A DNA stretch of 61,333 bases, taken from Candidatus Nanopelagicales bacterium. GTDB lineage: Bacteria; Actinomycetota; Actinomycetes; S36-B12. A model generated the notes under the pieces. It was not told where the DNA came from. It was given only the letters and a program-made list of their open reading frames with translations, and did no database searches. The stretch is taken from NCBI GenBank assembly GCA_041689915.1, contig JBDNFH010000164.1:1-61333 (forward strand), given 5' to 3'. Made by a program: the position numbers and the translations under genes. Shown here one piece after another: positions 10,148 to 18,116 of the stretch (position 1 is the first letter of the stretch; the number at the start of each line of letters is the position of its first letter).

Positions 10148-13100
10148 CCCAGATGCTGCTTAACGAGATCTTCGCCAAAGACGTCCAGCGCCCCATCGAG
10201 GGCGTCATCAAGGCGGACGACACTGCGCACCTGGGCACCGAGGTTGAGGAGTACGTCCTCACCAACGAGGCAGCCAAGAGCTTAGAGCTCCTACTCGAGG
10301 AGTACACGAACTACACCAACGCTAACGGCGTGTGGATCTCCGGCTTCTTCGGTTCCGGTAAGTCGCACCTCTTGAAGATGCTCGCCCACCTGCTCGGGGA
10401 CGTCGAGGGGCAGGCGCTTGAACGAGGCAACGTCTCCGAGAGTTTCCAGGCCAAGGCCCGCGGCGCGTTCCTGCCTGCCCTTCTCACCAAGACCGAGCGC
10501 ATCCCGGCCAGGAGCCTGCTGTTCAACATCGACCAGAAGGCATCGCTGATCACCAAAGACCAGGCCGACGCCCTGCTGAAGGTGTTCGTGAAGGTCTTCG
10601 ACGAGAGTCGCGGCTACTACGGGGATCAGGGGCATATCGCTCGATTCGAGCGCCAGCTCGACGAGGAAGGTCAGCTGGAAGCCTTCAAAGGTGTGTTTAA
10701 GTCGATCTCGGGCCGTGACTGGATGGAACGTCGGCCGAGCTTTGGGCTCCCCACGGTGCGAAAGCAGGTAGACGAGGCTTATGCGCAGGTGACGGGCGTC
10801 GACGTATCTAGCTCACTCGACATCCTGGCTACGTATCAAGCGACGTACGAAGTTTCGATCGAGGACTTCGCCGACGAGGTCAAGACGTGGCTAGACAAGC
10901 AGTCCGCCGATTTCCGCCTCAACTTCTTCGTCGACGAGGTCGGCCAGTTCATCGGCTCCAACACACACCTGATGCTCAATCTCCAGACGATCGCCGAGAG
11001 CCTCAACACCAAGTGCGCCGGACGAGCATGGGTGTTCGTCACCTCTCAGGAGGACATGGACAAGGTCGTCGGCGACCGCACCAAGGCGCAGGGCAACGAC
11101 TTCTCCAAGATCCAGGCCCGCTTCAAGACCCGCGTGAAGCTCACCAGCGCCGACGTCGAGGAGGTCATTCGCAAGCGTCTGCTCGACAAGAGCGACGCGG
11201 GCGCATCGGAGCTGAAGTCGATCTACGTCAAGGAGTCGGCGAACTTCAAGACTCTGTTCGACTTCGTCGACGGTGCGAAGACCTACCGCAACTACACAGA
11301 CGAGGCCCACTTCGTCGGCACATATCCGTTCGTGAGCTATCAGTTCCCGCTCTTCCAGGCAGCGATCGAGGGCATCTCCGATCACAATGTTTTCGAGGGC
11401 CGCAACAGCTCGGTGGGCGAGCGCTCGATGCTCGGAGTCGTCCAGCAGGTCGCCAAGGACATCGGTGACGTCGGAGTCGGCACGCTCGCAACCTTCGATC
11501 ACATGTTCGCTGGTATTCGGGCCTCACTGAAGTCCGCCGCACAGCGTTCCATCGACGTCGCCGAGCACAACCTCGACAATCCGCTCGCAATCCGCCTACT
11601 CAAGGCGCTGTTTCTCGTCAAGTACATCGAGAGCTTCCAGGCCACCCCCCGCAACCTGACCGTGCTGGTCTACGACCGCTTCGGCCTTGACCTTCCCGCC
11701 CTGGCGGAGGAGGTCAAGGAGGCGCTCACGCTGCTGGAGACGCAGACCTACGTTCAGCGCAACGGCAACATCTACGAGTACCTCACGAACGAAGAGCAGG
11801 TGATTGAGGAGGAGATCAAGAACGTCGACATCGATGCCTCCGAGGTCAGCAGTCGGCTTTTCAAGATCCTCTCCAACGACGTCATCAAGACCAACAAGCT
11901 GCGCTACGCCACGAACAGCCAGGACTTCCCGTTCGGCTTCAAGCTCGACGACCAGGTCCACGGCCCACATCGCGAACTCTCGGTCCACTTCATCACTCCG
12001 GAGTACCCCTTCGGCCCGGATGAGATCCGCATGCACAGCGCGGGCAAAGACGAGTTGCGCGTCATCCTCGAACCCGACGAGCGAGTCCTGACGGATCTGC
12101 GGCTCCTGATCAGGACCGAGAAGTACACCAAGCGCAAACAGACGACATCGCTCTCTGTGGTCGAGGACCAGATCCTGCGTTCAAAGGCGGTACAAAACGT
12201 CGAGCGCGAGAAGGAACTCATTGCTCGCATCCAGCGCGCCGCGGGTCAGTCCGCGCTCATCATCAACGCGGCCGACGTCACTTCCTCTTCGCAGGATGCT
12301 CTGACGAGAGTCACCGACGGCTTCCAAGAACTCGTCAGCCGCACCTACACCCAACTCAAGTTGCTGGGCGGTGTTACGTACAGCGAGCAGCAGGTAGCGG
12401 GTGCCGCCAACCCGGACAGCGGACTGTTCGACGCGGACGCGTTGTCGAAGATCAACCCGCCAGCCGAGGAGCTGCTGTCCTTCATCCTGCGCAAGGAGAA
12501 GCTAGGCGAGCAGGTCACCGTCAAGACGACTGTCGACACTTTCCAGGCCAAGCCCTACGGGTGGGACCTCGCCTCGATCGAGGTCATCGTCGCCTCGCTC
12601 ATTGGAGCCTCAAAAATCACGCTCACGGTGGACGGCAACGTCCTCAAGCGCAGCGAAATCGCGACGGCACTGCGCAACACGCAGAAGCACTCGCACGCAG
12701 TCGTCGCCCCGCAGAAGACCTTCGATGAGCGCAAGGTCGCCAACTTCCGCAAGTTCTGCACTGACTTCTTCGACGAGGGCAACGCACCCAAGGACCCGCT
12801 CGAACTCGCTCGCCACGGCGCGGACAAGCTCAAGGGCAAGCTTGACGAGCTGAAGGCGACCGTCAGCGGCTCGAAGTATCCGTTCATTGAGCAACTCAGC
12901 GGACCCATCACCCTCCTTGAGCAGGGCGTGGGCAAGTCCGATGACTGGTATCTCAACGACTTCGACCTCGACGACGAACTGCTCGAAGCCAAGGAGAACC
13001 TCATCGACCCGATCCAGTCGTTCCTCAACGGTGCGCAGCGGTCGATCTTCGACGAGGCCTCGGTGCTCCTATCCACGCATAGCAGCAACCTCAGCTACCT

Positions 13101-13632
13101 GCCCGCGGGCAGCGACGAGTCCATCAAGAACGCGCTCACCGACCCCAATGCCTTCCGCGGCAACAAGATGGCGCAGCTCAAGCAGGCCGCCGACAACCTC
13201 CGCGGCCAGATCGACACGATCGTGTCCGAGCGCCGAGGGGATGTCACGGCCGCGATCGAGAGCCGCAAGACCGAACTGGTCGGCGCGCACTACTACGCCA
13301 AGGCGACGCCAGAAGCCCAGCAGCGCGTCGTGCAGCGGATCGACTCGACATTGTCGCGAATTGGGAGCGAAAGCCAGGTCGCCCTCATCCTCCAGATCGG
13401 AGCGAACTTCGAGGCCAGCGACTACCCGGCCCTGCTCGACGTCCTTGCTTCCTGTCCGCAAGACCCGGGTCCCGACCCCACGCCCATGAAACAAACGGTC
13501 TCCGTGAGGACGATCGGAGTTCCCGGTGCATCGGGTGTGCTCGAAACCGAAGATGACGTCGACAAGTACCTCGCGGCTCTCCGTAGTGCGCTCGTCCAGA
13601 CTCTGAACGATGGAAAGCGAATCTCACTGTAA
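10144..13632 (+). CDS. brxC: BREX ATPase BrxC/PglY
   Basis: 1162 aa. Walker A GFFGSGKSH is at 10342-10365, followed by a DEVGQF Walker-B-like motif. Confidence 0.9.
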   Translation: MTQMLLNEIFAKDVQRPIEGVIKADDTAHLGTEVEEYVLTNEAAKSLELLLEEYTNYTNANGVWISGFFGSGKSHLLKMLAHLLGDVEGQALERGNVSESFQAKARGAFLPALLTKTERIPARSLLFNIDQKASLITKDQADALLKVFVKVFDESRGYYGDQGHIARFERQLDEEGQLEAFKGVFKSISGRDWMERRPSFGLPTVRKQVDEAYAQVTGVDVSSSLDILATYQATYEVSIEDFADEVKTWLDKQSADFRLNFFVDEVGQFIGSNTHLMLNLQTIAESLNTKCAGRAWVFVTSQEDMDKVVGDRTKAQGNDFSKIQARFKTRVKLTSADVEEVIRKRLLDKSDAGASELKSIYVKESANFKTLFDFVDGAKTYRNYTDEAHFVGTYPFVSYQFPLFQAAIEGISDHNVFEGRNSSVGERSMLGVVQQVAKDIGDVGVGTLATFDHMFAGIRASLKSAAQRSIDVAEHNLDNPLAIRLLKALFLVKYIESFQATPRNLTVLVYDRFGLDLPALAEEVKEALTLLETQTYVQRNGNIYEYLTNEEQVIEEEIKNVDIDASEVSSRLFKILSNDVIKTNKLRYATNSQDFPFGFKLDDQVHGPHRELSVHFITPEYPFGPDEIRMHSAGKDELRVILEPDERVLTDLRLLIRTEKYTKRKQTTSLSVVEDQILRSKAVQNVEREKELIARIQRAAGQSALIINAADVTSSSQDALTRVTDGFQELVSRTYTQLKLLGGVTYSEQQVAGAANPDSGLFDADALSKINPPAEELLSFILRKEKLGEQVTVKTTVDTFQAKPYGWDLASIEVIVASLIGASKITLTVDGNVLKRSEIATALRNTQKHSHAVVAPQKTFDERKVANFRKFCTDFFDEGNAPKDPLELARHGADKLKGKLDELKATVSGSKYPFIEQLSGPITLLEQGVGKSDDWYLNDFDLDDELLEAKENLIDPIQSFLNGAQRSIFDEASVLLSTHSSNLSYLPAGSDESIKNALTDPNAFRGNKMAQLKQAADNLRGQIDTIVSERRGDVTAAIESRKTELVGAHYYAKATPEAQQRVVQRIDSTLSRIGSESQVALILQIGANFEASDYPALLDVLASCPQDPGPDPTPMKQTVSVRTIGVPGASGVLETEDDVDKYLAALRSALVQTLNDGKRISL

Positions 13633-13648
13633 TGAACGAAGCACTTTG

Positions 13649-16600
13649 ATGGAAACCGCACCGCTGAAGTCCTTCGCGACGTGGGCTCGCAGTGCGCTCA
13701 TCCGCGAGGTCACCGCGCGCATCGCCACCGTGCTTGCGCCGGGCTCCTCCGAGCGAGTCGAGCAGACGAACGCTGTCGCCGCTCTGGAGAAGGCAGTCAC
13801 CGCTACGGGGGGAGGCGACAAGGGCCGCGCTGCCGTCGCTGACAAGGTTGCCTACACCTGGTTCAACCGGATTGTCGCGCTGCGATTCATGGACGCGAAC
13901 GGCTATACGGGCGTTGGTGTGCTCTCGCCGCAGTCAGGCGTTGAGGTCGGACAGCCTGAGATCCTCGCTGAGGCGAAACGCGGCGTCATCGACACCGAGG
14001 TTGTCAGCCGCCAGACCCGCGAGGCTGTCACGGGCTTGCTCGACGGCACGCGCAGTAGCGGCGACCCGCAGGGCGAGGCGTACGCGCTGCTGCTCGCGGA
14101 CTACTGCCGCCACTGGAACCGCTCGATGCCGTTCATGTTCGAGCGCGAGGGCGACTTCACCGAGTTGCTGATCCCGGCCAACCTACTCGCCGACGACTCA
14201 GTGCTCAACCGCTCCGTCAAGGTGCTGACCACCGAAGTCTGCCAGGACGTCGAAGTCATCGGTTGGCTCTACCAGTTCTACATCTCCGAGCGGAAAGACG
14301 AAGTCTTCGCCGGGTTCAAGAAGAACAAGAAGGCCGGCGCCGACGAGATCCCCGCAGCCACCCAGCTCTTCACCCCGCACTGGATTGTCCGCTACCTCGT
14401 CGAGAACTCACTCGGCAGACTCTGGATGCTCAACCGCCCGTCATCGCGGCTTACCGACCAGATGGACTTCTACATTGCCCCGGTCGACGAAGAAACGGAC
14501 TTCCTGAAGATCGCCAGCCCCGAGGAGCTGAAGATCATCGACCCCGCTTGCGGCTCGGGCCACCTGCTCACCTACGCCTTTGACCTCCTATACGCGATCT
14601 ACGAGGAGGAGGGCTACGCACCGTCCGAGATCCCCGGCCTGATCCTCGCCAACAACCTGTACGGAACCGAGATCGACCCGCGTGCGGGGGCCCTCGCTGC
14701 CTTCGCGCTCACCATGAAGGCCCGTGCAAAGCAGAGGACGTTCTTCAATCAGCACGTTGCGCCCAACGTTTGTGTCATCGAGCCGATCTCGTTCGGTCCC
14801 GACGAACTCGACCTTCTGTTGACCCAGGGGGGCGATCGCCACGAGGAGATCGCGTTCTGGAATCAGTTCGCGGAGGCAGACACGCTGGGTTCGTTGATCA
14901 AGCCAGATCTAGATCTGACGACTCGACTTCGACGCCACCTGGAGACACTCGACGGTGGCGACGACCTATTCACGGCGGACGTGATCGAGCAGGCTGCTCG
15001 AGTTGTGCGCCAAGCGGAGATCCTCGCCACGAGATACTCCGTGGTAGTGGCAAACCCGCCCTACATGGGGGCCAAAAGCATGGACAATCGCCTGGCCGAG
15101 TTTGCCAAGGCGGCGTACCAGCGGTCGCGATCTGACCTGTTCGCCATGTTCATTGAACGTTGCATTGGCCTCGTTAGAACCGGTGGCAACATTGGCATGA
15201 TCACCATGCAGTCTTGGATGTTCGGTTCTTCATTGGAACCGCTCCGCGACACCGTTCTACGTTCTACGTCAGTTCGTTCGATGGCTCACCTTGGCACAGG
15301 TGCTTTCGACACCATTAGCGGTGCGGTTGTTTCAACGACGGCGTTCGTGCTCGAGAAGCAGGATCCATTAGGCGATATGGCGGGAACATTTATTGATGTG
15401 ACTCGGTCGTCGACAGAGTCGGCAAAGCAAGCTCAATTGTTGCGAGCCATCGCGGATCGTTCAACCACGTTCGAGGTGAATACTTCCACCTTCAGGGGGA
15501 TCCCGGGCCAGCCGATCGCGTACTGGGTTTCGGAGGCAGTTGTGAAGACCTTTGAAAGTCACGAACCGCTCAGCGTCCTTGCAGACTTAAAGGCTGGCGT
15601 CTCCACGGGCGACAACACCATATTCCAACGCCAGTGGCACGAGGTTGGATGGTCACGGGTGAGTTCGACCGGATCTGGTGATACGCCTGTGGCTAACAGG
15701 TGGACTCCATGCAGTAGCGGTGGTCGATTGCGCCGTTGGTACGGCAACCGCGAAACCGTTATGGACTGGGAGCAGGATGGCAAACGCATTCGCTCTCATC
15801 TTGGCTCAGCGGTCAGGAACCCAACTTTCATGAGACGAGCTGGCCTGACCTACTCGAAGATTGGAGGAGCATTGTTCGCCGTCCGATTTGTAGAGCCCGG
15901 ATTTGTCTTTGATGACACTGGAAGGATGATCTTTCCTCGGCTTGAGGAGCACTCGCATGTCCTTGCAGCCGTGCTCAATTCGTCCATTGGGCAGTATTTT
16001 CTGGACGTCATGTCGCCGGGCCTTAGTTTCACTAGCTCGGAGATCGGCAATATCCCGGTGCCCCTCATTACGTTGGATGGATTGGCTAACTTGGTTGGTC
16101 GGGCGACGGAGATCGCCAAAAGGGACTGGGACATGAGCGAGACGTCCTGGGATCTCGTCGGCTCCCCTTTGCTGGATCCCTCATTGCCCGCGACAGCTTC
16201 ACTACGGGAACGTAACTCAGAGCTCTTGAGTCGAGCGCTCGCGACTAGCGAAGAGTTGAGAGGCCTTGAGGAGGCGATCAATGTCCGCGTTGCAGCCGAA
16301 TACGGTCTTGAGCATGTTGTCCACACGAACGTTCCACTTGGTCGGGTGACGCTCACTCAAAACCCAGCATTCCGATACGCGAGTGCGGAATCCACTTCTT
16401 ATGAGGAGATGGCATCCGCAGATTCCTGCCGCGATCTCGTATCGTTCGCGGTCGGTTGCGTGTTCGGGCGCTTCAGCCTGGATGAGCCGGGTCTGATCCT
16501 GGCTGACCAGGGTGCGACATTGCAGGACTACTTCGCCAAGGTGCCCGCACCGAGCTTCACCCCCGACGCCGACAATGTCATCCCGATCGTGGAGGGCGAC

Positions 16601-17119
16601 TGGTTTGAGGACGACATCGTGGCTCGGTTCCGCCAGTTCCTCCGGGTTGCCTTCGGTGAGCAGCACTTCGAGGAGAACTTGCGGTTCGTTACCGAGTCGC
16701 TGGGGGTGAAGGACATCCGCGACTACTTCGTGAAGTCTTTCTACAAGGACCACGTCCAGCGGTACAAGAAGCGCCCGATCTACTGGCTGTTCTCCAGCCC
16801 AAAGGGCTCGTTCAACGCGCTGATCTACATGCACCGGTACACCCCGTCGACGGTCTCAACTGTGCTCAACGAGTACCTCCGTGAGTTCCAGGCGAAGCTC
16901 AAAGCGAGCCTTGAGCACGCTGAGCGCTCCAATAATGCGAAGGAAGCCGACCGGCTCCGTAAGGTGCTGCTGGAGCTCGACGAGTACGAGCACGACGTCC
17001 TCTACCCGCTGGCGTCGCAGAACATTGTGATCGACCTGGACGACGGTGTGAAGGCGAACTACCCCAAGTTCGGTGCGGCGCTCAAGAAGATCGCGGGGCT
17101 TGAGGCGAGCCATGACTGA
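13649..17119 (+). CDS. pglX: BREX N6-adenine DNA methyltransferase PglX
   Basis: SAM motif I DPACGSGH is at 14540-14563 and motif IV NPPY at 15053-15064. Length is about 1157 aa. The start was moved to ATG 13649 (METAPLKSFA), downstream of the brxC stop. Confidence 0.9.
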   Translation: METAPLKSFATWARSALIREVTARIATVLAPGSSERVEQTNAVAALEKAVTATGGGDKGRAAVADKVAYTWFNRIVALRFMDANGYTGVGVLSPQSGVEVGQPEILAEAKRGVIDTEVVSRQTREAVTGLLDGTRSSGDPQGEAYALLLADYCRHWNRSMPFMFEREGDFTELLIPANLLADDSVLNRSVKVLTTEVCQDVEVIGWLYQFYISERKDEVFAGFKKNKKAGADEIPAATQLFTPHWIVRYLVENSLGRLWMLNRPSSRLTDQMDFYIAPVDEETDFLKIASPEELKIIDPACGSGHLLTYAFDLLYAIYEEEGYAPSEIPGLILANNLYGTEIDPRAGALAAFALTMKARAKQRTFFNQHVAPNVCVIEPISFGPDELDLLLTQGGDRHEEIAFWNQFAEADTLGSLIKPDLDLTTRLRRHLETLDGGDDLFTADVIEQAARVVRQAEILATRYSVVVANPPYMGAKSMDNRLAEFAKAAYQRSRSDLFAMFIERCIGLVRTGGNIGMITMQSWMFGSSLEPLRDTVLRSTSVRSMAHLGTGAFDTISGAVVSTTAFVLEKQDPLGDMAGTFIDVTRSSTESAKQAQLLRAIADRSTTFEVNTSTFRGIPGQPIAYWVSEAVVKTFESHEPLSVLADLKAGVSTGDNTIFQRQWHEVGWSRVSSTGSGDTPVANRWTPCSSGGRLRRWYGNRETVMDWEQDGKRIRSHLGSAVRNPTFMRRAGLTYSKIGGALFAVRFVEPGFVFDDTGRMIFPRLEEHSHVLAAVLNSSIGQYFLDVMSPGLSFTSSEIGNIPVPLITLDGLANLVGRATEIAKRDWDMSETSWDLVGSPLLDPSLPATASLRERNSELLSRALATSEELRGLEEAINVRVAAEYGLEHVVHTNVPLGRVTLTQNPAFRYASAESTSYEEMASADSCRDLVSFAVGCVFGRFSLDEPGLILADQGATLQDYFAKVPAPSFTPDADNVIPIVEGDWFEDDIVARFRQFLRVAFGEQHFEENLRFVTESLGVKDIRDYFVKSFYKDHVQRYKKRPIYWLFSSPKGSFNALIYMHRYTPSTVSTVLNEYLREFQAKLKASLEHAERSNNAKEADRLRKVLLELDEYEHDVLYPLASQNIVIDLDDGVKANYPKFGAALKKIAGLEASHD

Positions 17120-18116
17120 CCACGGCGAACTGATTCTGTATACCGCCGTGGACGGTGCGCGTTTCCAGTTGCGTGCCATTGACGGTACGGTCTGGCTCGC
17201 ACAGGCGCAGGTCGCTGATCTGTATGGCACGTCGACCCAGAACGTGCAGCAAACGATCGCCCGGGTTCTGGCCGATGGCGAGGTCGACGAGCGAACTATC
17301 AACTTTGAGTTGATAGTTCAGCAGGAAGGCTCCCGCACTGTTCGCCGTGAGGTCAAGGTGTACAACCTGGACATGGTGCTGGCAGTGGGCTACCGCGTCA
17401 CGACCCCGCGCGCGATCGCGTTCCGGCAGTGGGCGACGAGCGTTCTGCGCGAGTACCTCGTCAAGGGTTTTGCGATGGATGACCAGAAACTCAAGGCCGC
17501 CGACGGGTGGGACTACTTCGACGAGTGGCTGGCGCGGATCCGCGACATCCGAGCCTCGGAGAAGCGTTTTTACCAGAAGGTCCGAGATCTCTTTGCCACC
17601 GCCGTGGATTACGAGAAGTCCAGCGAGGCGGCCAGGGTTTTCTTCCAGAAGGTCCAGAACAAGATGCTTTGGGCCGTGACGGGGCACACCGCAGCAGAGA
17701 TCATCAGCGTTCGGAGCGACCCGGATGTAGTAAACATGGGCCTCACCTCGTGGGGCGGCAGCGTCGTGCGCAAGTCCGATGTGCCGGTTGCGAAGAACTA
17801 CCTGAACGCCGATGAGATCGCCGAACTGGATCTGATCGTCACCATGTACTTGGACTACGCCGAACTGCAAGCAAGGAATCGTCAGGCAATGACCATGGCC
17901 CAGTGGGCCGACCGGCTGGATGCGTTCCTGAAGTTCAACGAGCGGGAACTGCTCACCCATGCCGGGAGGGTTCGAGCTGAAGTCGCGAGAACGCTGGCAG
18001 AGTCCCGGTACGAAGAGTTCGAGCAGCAGCGCAAGCGTGACGCTTTGGCCGATGCCGATGCCGAGGACCTTGCAGCAATCGAGGCTCTCGAACAGCGCGG
18101 GAAGGACTTCGGGTGA
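17112..18116 (+). CDS. RhuM-family protein (Virulence_RhuM / COG3943-type) embedded in the BREX operon
   Basis: Family-typical strings are LILYTAVDG..VWLAQAQVADLYG, YNLDMVLAVGYRV, AFRQWATSVLREYLVKGF, IRDIRASEKRFYQKV, VQNKMLWAVTGHTAAEII, MGLTSW and VAKNYL..EI.EL. ATG 17112 overlaps the pglX stop and the gene's own stop overlaps the pglZ GTG. Confidence 0.85.
   Translation: MTDHGELILYTAVDGARFQLRAIDGTVWLAQAQVADLYGTSTQNVQQTIARVLADGEVDERTINFELIVQQEGSRTVRREVKVYNLDMVLAVGYRVTTPRAIAFRQWATSVLREYLVKGFAMDDQKLKAADGWDYFDEWLARIRDIRASEKRFYQKVRDLFATAVDYEKSSEAARVFFQKVQNKMLWAVTGHTAAEIISVRSDPDVVNMGLTSWGGSVVRKSDVPVAKNYLNADEIAELDLIVTMYLDYAELQARNRQAMTMAQWADRLDAFLKFNERELLTHAGRVRAEVARTLAESRYEEFEQQRKRDALADADAEDLAAIEALEQRGKDFG

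Noticed and set aside
13649-17119. Considered whether the large methyltransferase plus neighbours could be a type I or type IIG restriction-modification system rather than BREX.
   Set aside because: No HsdS or HsdR, and no nuclease domain, was recognised. The gene is flanked by DUF1819/DUF1788/BrxC upstream and PglZ/BrxL downstream, which is diagnostic of type 1 BREX.
17082-17960. 292-aa minus-strand ORF antisense to the rhuM-like gene. Similar long alternate-frame ORFs occur in the island: 18522-19724 (+, 400 aa), 21686-22393 (-), 9305-10054 (-), 10887-11502 and 12887-13494.
   Set aside because: They lie wholly inside well-supported BREX genes. They are rich in Arg/Ala/Pro/Ser/Gly, as expected for off-frame translation of >60% GC DNA, and show no family motifs. 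They are a stop-codon-depletion artefact.
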